DNA of 64,000 bases. It comes from a virus. The stretch spans positions 5,205 through 69,204 of IMG/VR virus record IMGVR_UViG_3300046001_006524. One strand, written 5' to 3'. This document shows positions 45,305 through 55,182 of the stretch, in pieces (within the stretch, counting starts at the first letter, position 1; each line of letters starts with the position of its first letter). Under the pieces are notes generated by a model. That model was not told the DNA's origin and searched no databases. It saw only the letters and a program-made list of their open reading frames with translations. The position numbers and the translations under genes are program-made.

Positions 45305-47689
45305 TTAATTTAATGGTGGTGGCGTGTAACTCATTGTATCTGTATATGCAATTTGGTCTAGTCCATTTAAACTTTCTGTAATTGTTACTGTTATAGTAAC
45401 TAACGCGCCTTCTTTAGGTGATTGTATTTCAAATAAACCACCAAAATTTCCACTATTATCTAAGTTAAATGTTAAAGTCTGTGGATAGCCAGAATTTACT
45501 TGGAACAAAGAGTTTTTAAAGATGATTGCGCCTCCTGTTCTGTTTCCTAAATAAGTTATTAACGCATTTACATAAACCTTTATAGCTGAATTTGGCTTAC
45601 CGTCCCAAATATTTAATGGATTTATATAACCATCTGTAACATCTTGCGAACTTAATTCACTCATTAAACTAAGCGAAATCTTTGCTTTTTTAGATGTTAG
45701 CGTAAGTTGCTCTATAACATTACTGTAAGGAGATAGAATTGTACCATCCGTACTTCTAACTCTAATTTGGTAATTTATATCACTAAATAAATTAAATAAA
45801 ATTGCTGTATTTGCGTAGGCAATTGCAGGTGCTTCATTCCAATTTATAGCGTTAATTCCTTTGTACTCTATTCTAATTGCTGTAATTCTCCCTATTTCCG
45901 AACTTGGTACTACTATTGAAAATTTAATTGATTCGTCTTTTGCACTTATAAAAGCGATTGTAGGTGCAGTTAAAGTTGGTGTTATAGTCGCTATTGTCGA
46001 AACATTTAAGGTTGCACTCTGTAAAGATGCCGTTGCGCCATTATAGGCAATTACATAAAATGCGTAGGAAGTAGATTGTGTTAATGCAGTCGAATTAAAC
46101 GTTGTTAAAGCACCGTCATAGACTTTTACGCCATTTCTGTACAGTTCATATCTTGTTGCGCCAAAACTCGCTTGTATGTTCCAATTTACTCGTATCGAAG
46201 TGTCTGTTACATCGCCCGTATTTGTGCCGACTGAAATATTTGGTGTTGAAGCTACATATAAACTAAATGTTACTGTATTGCTTTTTTTAGATGTTCCATA
46301 AGTATCATAACCAATTACATAACAACTGTATGCAATCGCGCTTAATCCCGTTAAAGTTTTTGATGTTACGTTTAAATCGCCTAAGTCATCAAATAAAGCA
46401 TTGTAAAATAATTCATATCTTATAATTGCTGTATCTAAATTTACCCAAGTGAGTGAAGCTGTTGTAGCTGTTGTTCCTAATAAAACTAACGGTAAAGATA
46501 TATTTGGGTTTAAAGAAGGTGCTACAACTGGTTCATCAATTATTGCCGTATCTCCTATATTAAAAATAATGTTTTCGGTTTCGTCAACGCTTATCCCATT
46601 TGCATTTACCCATTCCGATATTGATTGCTCTGTTACGGCTTTGGTGTCAAAATAAGATGTAGATATATCAATAACCCTAATTCGGTTATTTTGGTTATAA
46701 GCATTATTTATATATATCAAATGCCATTGGTAATCACTTGCTATCTCACTTTCTATCGGTGTAGTTTTTTTAAATGCAAAACCCCTATAAAGCATCCCTT
46801 CATCAGTATCGTATAAAGGATAATTACCGTCAGGATTAATTGTGTATTTTTCCCAAGTAAAAGTGCCATTACCATCAGGTATGCCTATTTCTGGGTTTAA
46901 AATTCTTGCCCAAGTGTAATCGGAAGGAATTAATGAATCATTTTCTACAAGATCAACTAACGTTCCTATAAACTGTTTATCTTCAGATTCTACTATGTCA
47001 AAACCTGTAACGCCATCTTCTGAATCGGCATAAGCAATATGTAGGTAATAAGTAAGTCCGTCTATTGCATTAACACCAGGAATACCTTTTGTGCCGTCTA
47101 ATCCCGTAACTGCCATCCAAGTATAATCAGACGGTATGTCGCTATCTGCTAATGTATAATCAGAATAAGTACCTATAAATTTTTTATCGTATGGGTGTTG
47201 GTTAAATCCTCCACCATTAATATCATCCGCATAAGCAATGTGAAAATAAGTTGGATTTCCGCCAATACCATTCGGTCCTTGTATTCCTGTTTTTCCATCT
47301 AAACCTTCAATTCCGTTAGAACCATCAATACCATCACGACCTTTTACAAGGGTAATTGGCATCCAAATATATTCTAATGGGTCAAGTGAAGGTGTTTTAT
47401 CAATTTTATTAAATCCGTAACCTATAAAATTAGATGAAGAAAGTTTCATAGGTGACATATTCGTACCGTCTATATCTTCTGCATACATTACCCAAGTAAA
47501 TGTTCCGTCATCATTACCGTAACCACCACCGCCATCACCGCCCCCACCATCTAATATGTGTGATTTTAAAGCTCCAACAGAGAAGTTTTTTGTTTTAAAT
47601 TGCTTATCCCCATCACTCCCAATCACCATATCCGTATCGGAAATCTTAGTGTCTATCGGGTAAATATTTTTATTTAGAATTTTAGCCAT
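45305..47689 (-). CDS. fibre protein with collagen-linked HIAYAD..DYTW repeats and fibronectin-III domains
   Basis: About four repeats (FTWVMYA/YFHIAYAD/YLHIAYAD/FTWEKYT) with Gxx spacers, then FN3-like repeats (SLTW, RVNW..YELYRNG..FYVIAYN). Confidence 0.65.
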   Translation of the reverse strand: MAKILNKNIYPIDTKISDTDMVIGSDGDKQFKTKNFSVGALKSHILDGGGGDGGGGYGNDDGTFTWVMYAEDIDGTNMSPMKLSSSNFIGYGFNKIDKTPSLDPLEYIWMPITLVKGRDGIDGSNGIEGLDGKTGIQGPNGIGGNPTYFHIAYADDINGGGFNQHPYDKKFIGTYSDYTLADSDIPSDYTWMAVTGLDGTKGIPGVNAIDGLTYYLHIAYADSEDGVTGFDIVESEDKQFIGTLVDLVENDSLIPSDYTWARILNPEIGIPDGNGTFTWEKYTINPDGNYPLYDTDEGMLYRGFAFKKTTPIESEIASDYQWHLIYINNAYNQNNRIRVIDISTSYFDTKAVTEQSISEWVNANGISVDETENIIFNIGDTAIIDEPVVAPSLNPNISLPLVLLGTTATTASLTWVNLDTAIIRYELFYNALFDDLGDLNVTSKTLTGLSAIAYSCYVIGYDTYGTSKKSNTVTFSLYVASTPNISVGTNTGDVTDTSIRVNWNIQASFGATRYELYRNGVKVYDGALTTFNSTALTQSTSYAFYVIAYNGATASLQSATLNVSTIATITPTLTAPTIAFISAKDESIKFSIVVPSSEIGRITAIRIEYKGINAINWNEAPAIAYANTAILFNLFSDINYQIRVRSTDGTILSPYSNVIEQLTLTSKKAKISLSLMSELSSQDVTDGYINPLNIWDGKPNSAIKVYVNALITYLGNRTGGAIIFKNSLFQVNSGYPQTLTFNLDNSGNFGGLFEIQSPKEGALVTITVTITESLNGLDQIAYTDTMSYTPPPLN

Positions 47690-47725
47690 AGTGCAAGCGT
47701 TAAAGATTTAAAATACATTGTCTTA

Positions 47726-47762
47726 CAAAGATATATAAATTAATACGAATTAATTATATTTG
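47726..47762. promoter_or_regulatory. back-to-back Bacteroidota promoters
   Basis: TATCTTTG on (-) at 47726-47733 and TATATTTG on (+) at 47755-47762, with palindromes at 47742-47760 and 47764-47782. Confidence 0.75.
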
Positions 47763-47782
47763 TAGTATAAATTATTTGTATT

Positions 47783-48349
47783 ATGGCAAAAGAAAACTTA
47801 AATAAATTATTAAGTAAAGAAGTTAATGCGATTAGGAAGTCGTCAAAGGTTAAAATAGGGATTAAAGAAGATTCTGATAAGTACTCTAAGGCTAAGTATC
47901 TTGAAATTTATCAAGGCTTCGATATGCTTGAAGATTTATATACCGTTAGAACTTTCACGATTAAAAAATTTGATATTGACCCGAATTTATTAGAGATTTT
48001 GCTTAAATTAATGGGAATGAGAATTTTCACCCGTTTAGAGTATAGTAAAATACCAAGAAATTTTACTTACGGTAGGTTTCAAAGTATCTTAGAATCAGGG
48101 TATGTCAATATTTTGATGGATAATACAGACGTTGAAAAAAGACTGTTTTGCCTTAATACAAAAGGAAGAAATATTGTAATTACATTTTATGAGCATCTTA
48201 GCGGTCAAGTTCCTATACCCGAAGATTCTAAACACAATCCTATGGCAAATAAAAATAAAAATACGCCTTATGATAAAAAGAAATTAGACTTAATAAAACG
48301 AATGAATAAATTAGAAGTACCCGAACATAAAAAAAGATTGTTCGAGTAG
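47783..48349 (+). CDS. winged-helix (MarR-like) DNA-binding protein
   Basis: LLEILLKL..FQSILESGYV..LFCLNTKGRNIV wing motif; lone (+) gene with its own promoter. Confidence 0.55.
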   Translation: MAKENLNKLLSKEVNAIRKSSKVKIGIKEDSDKYSKAKYLEIYQGFDMLEDLYTVRTFTIKKFDIDPNLLEILLKLMGMRIFTRLEYSKIPRNFTYGRFQSILESGYVNILMDNTDVEKRLFCLNTKGRNIVITFYEHLSGQVPIPEDSKHNPMANKNKNTPYDKKKLDLIKRMNKLEVPEHKKRLFE

Positions 48350-48364
48350 TCCTAAGATAGTTTT

Positions 48365-48616
48365 TTAAAGCCTACAAATAACGTCTGTTTCCTCTGACAA
48401 CAAAATCAAGTCATCGCCCCGATAATTGATATTCGCGCCAACGTGGTCGTAAAATTGGACTACATCGCCTACTTTTATGTGTTTTACTTTTTTGCCTAAC
48501 TGTTGCACCTTGCCAGTGCGATATTTTTTGTCTTTCTCTGGGATTATTATGCCCGATTGCGTTATTTCTTCGCCTTTTATTTCTGAAATTAGTACTCTAT
48601 CTCCTAATATGGTCAT
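48365..48616 (-). CDS. groES: GroES/Cpn10 co-chaperonin
   Basis: LGDRVLI..TQSGIIIP..GKV..IKVGDVV..LSEETDV. Confidence 0.85.
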   Translation of the reverse strand: MTILGDRVLISEIKGEEITQSGIIIPEKDKKYRTGKVQQLGKKVKHIKVGDVVQFYDHVGANINYRGDDLILLSEETDVICRL

Positions 48617-48618
48617 AG

Positions 48619-48807
48619 CTAAAATGTTATTTGTGTTGAGTGAATTTTTATGTCGAAAAAGTAGGTTTCTACTTTAACTTCGGTTACTTTTTTTCCCTCA
48701 CCATCATCAAAGTAATACATTTTTTGGACTTGAATTAAATAGCAAATCCCGAATAGTTTTTTAATCGTTGTTTTCGTTTCCATAGTTTTTATTTTAATAA
48801 TCCCCAA
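48619..48807 (-). CDS. hypothetical protein (true start probably 48783)
   Basis: Small ORF in operon. Confidence 0.4.
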   Translation of the reverse strand: MGIIKIKTMETKTTIKKLFGICYLIQVQKMYYFDDGEGKKVTEVKVETYFFDIKIHSTQITF

Positions 48808-49700
48808 TGTTTATATAAAGAACTATTCCTTTTAATCGCATTGTATCTTTTTTCTTCAATTACGTCAACTTTTACATCGGGATAGTATTTAGCCATTCTC
48901 TTTAATTTGGTTTTAGATTTAGCATCCATATACCCCTTAACCTCAATATAATAAGTTGAATCATCATTATTTGTTATAAAGAAGTCTGGCAAATATGACC
49001 TAACACCTCTTTTAATCTCTAAAAACCAAAATGTCTTAGGTTCATGTTCCCAATCTTTTATTTCATTTTTCTCTTTTAGAAATTGAAGATATGCGCCAAT
49101 ATTAGCCTCCCACCTTGACCTTGCAAAAAATGTTTTGTCTACGATAGTAATTGTGCCTTTTTTACACCTTGAGTAAATGCTTGATGGATTGTTTTTCATT
49201 CTCATATTCATATGCGTTGATGCGTTGTCTGATAAATATTGTCTATGCTTTTCCGAATTAACTATACTGTTTGGGTCTGCCCACATTTTTTTAGCTCTCT
49301 CGCCTATCTTTTTCACATTATCTTTAGTGTGTTTTTTCCCAAGCATACCTCTTGGGTGTTCATTCTCGCTAAACCATTTAATTTTTTGTAAAGAAAGTTT
49401 CTTATTTTGTTCATCAGTTCTTTTTTCCATTGCTGGAATCCTTCCGTTTTTAACGTGTTCTTTCATAACAATAGAATGTTCAGGTCTTTTTTTGCCAATT
49501 TTAGACTTCCCTGCTCTATCCTGCCATTCTTTAAAAAAATCACCTTCTCTGTCTTGCTTTAACCCTAAATTTGATGCCTTTTGTCTAATACTTGCGTTCG
49601 ACCTGTCTAATTCTATACAGCACCATTTAAGCCCTTTATTTGGATAGTTTTTTTCTAAGAAACTAACATCGTCTGCTTCCCATAATTTAGACCTACCCAT
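48789..49700 (-). CDS. PD-(D/E)XK endonuclease with N-terminal DNA-binding modules (probable free-standing homing endonuclease)
   Basis: RSRWEAN..WEHEPK..YLPDF..YIEVKG, NUMOD3-like GMLGKKHT, and a helical N-terminus. Confidence 0.75.
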   Translation of the reverse strand: MGRSKLWEADDVSFLEKNYPNKGLKWCCIELDRSNASIRQKASNLGLKQDREGDFFKEWQDRAGKSKIGKKRPEHSIVMKEHVKNGRIPAMEKRTDEQNKKLSLQKIKWFSENEHPRGMLGKKHTKDNVKKIGERAKKMWADPNSIVNSEKHRQYLSDNASTHMNMRMKNNPSSIYSRCKKGTITIVDKTFFARSRWEANIGAYLQFLKEKNEIKDWEHEPKTFWFLEIKRGVRSYLPDFFITNNDDSTYYIEVKGYMDAKSKTKLKRMAKYYPDVKVDVIEEKRYNAIKRNSSLYKHWGLLK

Positions 49701-49902
49701 TTATCATAGCCGTATAAACACCAAATCCGAAATACCAAAATCCCCATCCTATTGCGAATCCCCATCCATAACCCTCGTCATCATTATCTTCCAATGTTGA
49801 TAATCCAAAAGCCAATGCTGGAGTTACTAAAAAATCTCTGTCAATCGGTATTTGTTTCCTTCCGTCAACAACCATTAATTTTAAAACTGTTTTACTTTTC
49901 AT
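49693..49902 (-). CDS. hypothetical protein
   Basis: 69 aa with an aromatic/Gly-rich C-terminus. Confidence 0.45.
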   Translation of the reverse strand: MKSKTVLKLMVVDGRKQIPIDRDFLVTPALAFGLSTLEDNDDEGYGWGFAIGWGFWYFGFGVYTAMING

Positions 49903-50260
49903 AAATCGCTAATTTTTGGGTAAAATATTCTTCTGAAAAATGCACACCATTATTCCTTAAAAATGACCTTTGTATTTTGAGTAGTAAAGGCATAAATTCT
50001 TTGATTTCGCCATATTTCTGATGACAATCCAAACACAACGCCATCAAATTGTGAATATCATTTAGTAATTTTTTATCTCTTGACCTTGATATTATGTGAT
50101 GTATGCTTGTCGCCCTATTTTCACAACATTGACATTGAACAAAATCAGATTCGTCATATCCTAAGTTGTCTAAATACACTTTTGTATAAGTCTGCATAGT
50201 TTTTTCTTTATAACCCGTTTTAATATTCTTAATTTGCTTTAATGGCTCGTACTTTTCCAT
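49892..50260 (-). CDS. HNH endonuclease
   Basis: CQCC..IHHIISR..NLMALCLDCH. Confidence 0.75.
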   Translation of the reverse strand: MEKYEPLKQIKNIKTGYKEKTMQTYTKVYLDNLGYDESDFVQCQCCENRATSIHHIISRSRDKKLLNDIHNLMALCLDCHQKYGEIKEFMPLLLKIQRSFLRNNGVHFSEEYFTQKLAIYEK

Positions 50261-50261
50261 T

Positions 50262-50657
50262 TTAGGTGTCTAATTGTGTTAATTCTACGGCAAAAAGATT
50301 TTTCCAATCCTGTTTGTGATTTTCGTAATGTGTGAAAATTTGGTTTATCATTACTAAATCCAGGACATTTGTTTTCGCTATTCTTGTAACTAAATTGTCT
50401 AATTCTCGGAATATGTTTGTCGTCATTTCAGGATCGGTTTTATAAACTCTGTCAATTTCGTTTCTCAACATAGGTGCAAGTACATTCGATAAATTCCCTG
50501 ATAAAACTTTGACTTTTCCGTTGTGTAATGAAGTTCCTTTAACATCATCTATTCCCTCTGTTAATAATTGCGAAAACAATACTACTTTTAAGGCAGATAA
50601 CCTTAATTCGTCTGTCATTTCAACCTTATTCTGTTTTCCTATTTCTTTTCGTGCCAT
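50262..50657 (-). CDS. hypothetical protein
   Basis: 131-aa ORF in operon. Confidence 0.55.
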   Translation of the reverse strand: MARKEIGKQNKVEMTDELRLSALKVVLFSQLLTEGIDDVKGTSLHNGKVKVLSGNLSNVLAPMLRNEIDRVYKTDPEMTTNIFRELDNLVTRIAKTNVLDLVMINQIFTHYENHKQDWKNLFAVELTQLDT

Positions 50658-50835
50658 TTTTATTTATTTTTTCGTTTCTTAGTTTTAGTATTTTACTTCC
50701 TTGCTTCATTTTTTCTTTGTTGGAGTAATTCATCGTGTCGCCTATTTCCTCATAAACAATTTCGTGTCTTATAATTGTTAAGCCGTCCATACTCATAAAT
50801 GGAAAATCTACTTTTTTGATTTTGGTCTTTTTCAT
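50626..50835 (-). CDS. hypothetical protein
   Basis: 69-aa ORF in operon. Confidence 0.45.
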   Translation of the reverse strand: MKKTKIKKVDFPFMSMDGLTIIRHEIVYEEIGDTMNYSNKEKMKQGSKILKLRNEKINKNGTKRNRKTE

Positions 50836-50836
50836 A

Positions 50837-51151
50837 TTAAAACATTGTGATTTGCTGATTTACTTCATAAGCCAAACGGTATTTTTTCTCTGGAGAACCA
50901 AATATTCCAATGTTAGTTTCCTCTAACTTGATTAGCTTGCCATCGTAAAAAAGGTTGCTTAAACATCGTCTAATGCTTGTAAGCGGCACGTTTTTATTTG
51001 GGTACAATGCCATAACTTCACTCGCAGATAATTTTCTTTTCGCTAAAAAAATATCGTAAACTATTTCCTCTTGCGTTTGGTTTTTCGCTACTCTTGAATC
51101 CACATATTTTGCAGTTTCGTTTGTTGTATTGAAATAATGTTGCGTTTCCAT
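50837..51151 (-). CDS. winged-helix DNA-binding protein
   Basis: LSASEV..VPLTSIRRCLSNL..GKLIK. Confidence 0.65.
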   Translation of the reverse strand: METQHYFNTTNETAKYVDSRVAKNQTQEEIVYDIFLAKRKLSASEVMALYPNKNVPLTSIRRCLSNLFYDGKLIKLEETNIGIFGSPEKKYRLAYEVNQQITMF

Positions 51152-51153
51152 AA

Positions 51154-51681
51154 CTATCGCTTTTTTAAAGGGCTTATGATTATGATGTCTTTAACTTCGA
51201 TGTCTTTTATTGCTTCGGAAACTTTTTCATCTTTTAGTGGAGATAAATGAGATTGAATATAATCTTTAATAGATGGCTCAAACGCACTATACACGCCTTT
51301 ATATGATGTTGTATTTGTATCAATTGGGTCAAATCCTACAATATATTCAGTAGGTATTTTTTTAGAATATTTTGCATCATTTGCCTCATCATCCCAATTG
51401 ATTCTTAAACTTGTAGGTTCTTGCAAAAAATCCCAAAGTTTTTCAATCGAAACATTATTCATTCTGCCAAAATTCTGTTCCCAGCAAAATATTTCTATAT
51501 CACTTGTTTTGTCTTTGAAATAAAGTCTAAGCAACTTAAAAATAGCGTTAGATAGTTTGGAATTGTCGTATGGATTTGCCTCAATATCTAATACTTTTCC
51601 CATTAGATAGGCTTTTGCCAAATCATCATCATACTGCTCTTGAAGTGCGGTTATGATATTTATAAAGAGATTTTTGTTCAT
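51154..51681 (-). CDS. hypothetical protein
   Basis: 175 aa, DIEIFCWEQNFG motif. Confidence 0.55.
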   Translation of the reverse strand: MNKNLFINIITALQEQYDDDLAKAYLMGKVLDIEANPYDNSKLSNAIFKLLRLYFKDKTSDIEIFCWEQNFGRMNNVSIEKLWDFLQEPTSLRINWDDEANDAKYSKKIPTEYIVGFDPIDTNTTSYKGVYSAFEPSIKDYIQSHLSPLKDEKVSEAIKDIEVKDIIIISPLKKR

Positions 51682-51748
51682 ATTTTCGTTTGTTACTGCT
51701 AATGTACTAAATTTATATCAATAGTATGATTTATTTATACTAAATCGG

Positions 51749-52084
51749 TCAAAAAAATGAGTTTATATGTTTTGATAAGATTTCTCTAACTTCAAATTCT
51801 ATATTATGGTCTAAGGCAAATGTCATCGCTTGTGTCATTCCTTTGCTCATTCCGTAATCTGTGTAAAAAATATGTTTATCGGCTACACATACCCAAGCCA
51901 AACCAGCTTCTATTCCCATTTTTCTTTCTTTTGGAATTGTGTCGTCTAAGACCATTGTATGAAGAATGTGTGACGCTATCGGAGCTTCGTTTCGCATTAA
52001 ACTGTCTTTTAAACATAATTTTGCATAGGCTACGTTTCTTTCTACGTTTCCTGCGTATGGACTTTCTATGATTACTCTAAGCAT
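51749..52084 (-). CDS. nucleoside deoxyribosyltransferase-fold protein
   Basis: VIIESPYAG..NEAPIASH..GLAW..YTDYGMSKGM. Confidence 0.65.
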   Translation of the reverse strand: MLRVIIESPYAGNVERNVAYAKLCLKDSLMRNEAPIASHILHTMVLDDTIPKERKMGIEAGLAWVCVADKHIFYTDYGMSKGMTQAMTFALDHNIEFEVREILSKHINSFF

Positions 52085-52144
52085 ATTTTAGTTTTATTAA
52101 TAGTAATAAGAATATTATGGCAGATGCAGTTATTTCTGCTTCCA

Positions 52145-52795
52145 TTATGATAGGATATATTCGTTGTCGGCTAAATCTTCGTTTATTTCTACGTCAAGAC
52201 CAAATATGGTATTTAGTTGGGCTATTTTAGATGATGGGCTGAATACTGCGTGTTGCTCAAAATTCTTAATCATATATTTCTCCAAATTTAAATTTATTTC
52301 AATTTTAGATGGTGCTGAACCCTTTACAGAAAAAGAATTTACTGATTCAATTAATTTACTAATCGTGAAAGTCCGAATTGATTCCTCTTTTTCAAGTTTT
52401 TTATTAAGTTCATCAAAATCAATTTGGTTGTTTTGCCAAAATCTCCTAACTTCATTTATTCCATCTTCTTTACCTTCTTTCAAAATACAAAATAGCAAAA
52501 AAGTGTAATTTGCCATATCCAAAACGCTATCTTCTACGCTTTCATTTTTAATATCACCTTCACTTGAAAGTAAATTTCCTAATCTCGCTACTTTTGTCGC
52601 TATAAGGTTAAGACAGTTGATTGCAGAGGGGTTATTTACTTTTTGGTTCGCTATATTCCCAGCCAATTTAAAGTTGCTTAAAACGTCTTGTGTGGCGTAA
52701 TCGTTTCCTTTTGAAATTAGGATTTTTGCCATATTATCGGTAAAATCTGTAAATAATTCTTTTCGTTTGTCGCTTGTCATATTAAGTTTTGGCAC
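52145..52795 (-). CDS. nucleotide-modification-associated domain (DUF1599/Nmad1-like) protein
   Basis: KGNDYA..NF..KVARL..NESVEDSVLDMANY. Confidence 0.65.
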   Translation of the reverse strand: MPKLNMTSDKRKELFTDFTDNMAKILISKGNDYATQDVLSNFKLAGNIANQKVNNPSAINCLNLIATKVARLGNLLSSEGDIKNESVEDSVLDMANYTFLLFCILKEGKEDGINEVRRFWQNNQIDFDELNKKLEKEESIRTFTISKLIESVNSFSVKGSAPSKIEINLNLEKYMIKNFEQHAVFSPSSKIAQLNTIFGLDVEINEDLADNEYILS

Positions 52796-53083
52796 TAAAT
52801 AGTGTTTACTGCCGTTAATTATTTTTTTTTAGTTTCTATAAATCCATCACATATACCATCTTTAAATTCAAATTGATTATACCATTGATGTTCTGTTGGC
52901 TCTGATACGAATCGGTAACATTCGTATTTTAAAGGGCAATTATCGTTACTGCATTTTGTTTTTCCCATTACTTCGGTTTGTTTAGATTTGCTATTACTTC
53001 TTTTGCTTGTTCTTCTGTGTGATGTTCTACGGTAATATTATATCCCGCTTCTGTTGGAAATACGAATGTTGTCATCTTTTTTT

Positions 53084-53332
53084 TCATTGTTTTTTTAAGT
53101 TTCTGTTTAATATTTTAATCAATTTTATCAATTCGCTATATTCAAATATTTCAAAATGGTCATAATCTAAAAAGGTTACTACAAATTCACACCCTTTCTC
53201 ATTTGCCATAAGACATAAAGAAAACTCTGCACCAAACTCTAAATGATAATATGAATATGGCAAATCACCACTTTCCTCTGCCGAAATATCTACTCTACTA
53301 AATCCTGCCTTTATTATCTCGTTTTCGGTCAT
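53084..53332 (-). CDS. hypothetical protein
   Basis: 82-aa ORF. Confidence 0.5.
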   Translation of the reverse strand: MTENEIIKAGFSRVDISAEESGDLPYSYYHLEFGAEFSLCLMANEKGCEFVVTFLDYDHFEIFEYSELIKLIKILNRNLKKQ

Positions 53333-53407
53333 TATTTATATGCTTTTGCACTTGTTGTTTACGGTTTTACTGACTTTTTGTGATTTGCTATATGAAAAAA
53401 CATATAA

Positions 53408-53605
53408 CTAATAATAAGAATAAGTATTTTCAACCCTTTCAGCAACGTAACTCGTCTTGCCGTTAATTAGGTTGTAAGAATCTCGAAACCCTCTTAAATA
53501 TAACTCAAATGTGTAAATTCGGCTACCTTTTAATGTGAATTTGTAACCTTTAAGCGACATATGAAACTTTGCGTAATCGCTGTAATCGTCTGTGATTTTT
53601 CTCAT
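53408..53605 (-). CDS. hypothetical protein
   Basis: 65-aa ORF. Confidence 0.45.
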   Translation of the reverse strand: MRKITDDYSDYAKFHMSLKGYKFTLKGSRIYTFELYLRGFRDSYNLINGKTSYVAERVENTYSYY

Positions 53606-53624
53606 AATTTATTTCGTTTGTTAG

Positions 53625-53846
53625 TTATAATTTCTGTTTTACTTCTTGCCAATAATCAAAATATTTTTCCTTTATTTCTAAATGCTTTTTGTAATCTCCA
53701 TAATATAAACACGTTTTCTGAATCTCATTAATTGCAATCAAAGCACACGCCCTGGCTGTATCAAAACACATTGGGTATTTATTTAGTTTATCACTAACAC
53801 TAATCATTTGTTCAAATAACTCTTTTGCTTTTTCTTTTGCTTTCAT
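53625..53846 (-). CDS. small Bacteroidota-phage protein (KEKA family), paralog of 5264-5470
   Basis: MKAKEKAKEL..ARACALIAINEI..YWQEVK. Confidence 0.6.
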   Translation of the reverse strand: MKAKEKAKELFEQMISVSDKLNKYPMCFDTARACALIAINEIQKTCLYYGDYKKHLEIKEKYFDYWQEVKQKL

Positions 53847-54136
53847 TTTTTATAATATGCCATATTAATATTAAAAATCCGTTTACTTTGAACTCGGATA
53901 AAGTCAGTCTTGCCGTAATTTGGTAGGATATATTCTCATCTCTTAGCTCGCCTACTTTTGGTATCAAACATTACGACCACTCCACTATCGACAAATAGAG
54001 CCATTTAACCGAATTAGGATTAATTCCATTTTGCCTCTTTCGGACAACCACACCTATTTGCCAATCTCTCCATAAAGTTTAGAAAATTGTTGATTCGCCT
54101 CTGTATGTATTTTATTGCTCTCATAGTTTTTATATA

Positions 54137-55057
54137 TTATGCAAATATTCCTATTTCGTTAAAAATTCTATTTTCGGCAAGGCTTACATATTCGGGATTT
54201 AACTCAATTCCTATGTAATTTCTGCCCACTTTTCTCGCATATAAACCCGTAGTGCCACTTCCGAAAAATGGATCTAATACCAATCCGTTTTCGGGGCATC
54301 CAGCTTTCAACATTCTTTCTACTAACTTCTGTGGATATGTGGCAAAATGAGCTTCTGAACTTGAAGATGTGTTTACCGCCCATACCGTTCTTAAATTTCT
54401 CATACCATCTTCTCTAAAAGCAACTTTGTTTGTAGCGTAATTACCACTTGCTGTTTTTCCTTTACTTTTTACACCTCCTTTTATTTTACTTCTACTATCT
54501 GTTTCTGCCCAAATACTTTTTTCTAACTGTTGTTCAAAATAATATCCAATCGGCTCTTTAACGAAGAAAAATACTTTCTCAAAATCTACCGTAAATCTGT
54601 CTTTTGCGCTCGATGGCATTTGATTGGGTTTGTGCCAAATAATTTGATTTCGCAAACACCAACCTCTATTCACCATTTCAATAGCAAAACGTTCAGGAAT
54701 CATACAAAGGCTTTTGTGCATATTTACATTTGGTTGTTTAACCTTTCTTGTTTCAGCGTGTCCGTATTTTGGCTCAATTATACCACCTGCCATTCCACCG
54801 CTTTGTGTTCCGTATGTATCACCCAAGTTTATAAAACACGTTCCAGTTGGCTTCAAAACCCTTTTCACTTCATTAAAAACATCACATAAGTTATTTACGA
54901 AGTCTGTATAATGTTTCTCGCCACCTAATTGCTCATCGTGTCCGTAATCTCTTAAACCCCAATATGGAGGTGATGTAATACAACAATCCATAGAATTGTC
55001 AGGAAAGGTTTTTAAGACTTCTAACGAGCTACCTTCATATATTTTATTCACTTCCAT
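54137..55057 (-). CDS. orphan amino-DNA methyltransferase, beta class (probably N4-cytosine)
   Basis: Catalytic TSPPY precedes SAM-binding DPFFGSGTT; HFATYP. Confidence 0.9.
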   Translation of the reverse strand: MEVNKIYEGSSLEVLKTFPDNSMDCCITSPPYWGLRDYGHDEQLGGEKHYTDFVNNLCDVFNEVKRVLKPTGTCFINLGDTYGTQSGGMAGGIIEPKYGHAETRKVKQPNVNMHKSLCMIPERFAIEMVNRGWCLRNQIIWHKPNQMPSSAKDRFTVDFEKVFFFVKEPIGYYFEQQLEKSIWAETDSRSKIKGGVKSKGKTASGNYATNKVAFREDGMRNLRTVWAVNTSSSSEAHFATYPQKLVERMLKAGCPENGLVLDPFFGSGTTGLYARKVGRNYIGIELNPEYVSLAENRIFNEIGIFA

Positions 55058-55081
55058 TTTTAGTACAAATAATTAATACCA

Positions 55082-55089
55082 CAAATATA
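55082..55089 (-). promoter_or_regulatory. promoter -7 element (TATATTTG) for the methyltransferase operon
   Basis: TAnnTTTG on (-), inside palindrome 55075-55093, with further palindromes at 55062-55080 and 55097-55115. Confidence 0.7.
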
Positions 55090-55182
55090 TATTTTTAATA
55101 CGAATAATCTGTACTGCCGTTTATTCTATTTTTCTATCATATTTTAGTTTAGTATCAATTTATTCTATTGTTGGTATTAGTT

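Noticed and set aside
36851-47689. Diversity-generating retroelement acting on the fibre genes
   Set aside because: No reverse transcriptase and no TR/VR pair with adenine-specific mismatches were seen in the window.
48789-55057. Restriction-modification pair formed by the PD-(D/E)XK nuclease and the methylase
   Set aside because: The genes are more than 4 kb apart, and the nuclease has a homing-endonuclease-like architecture.
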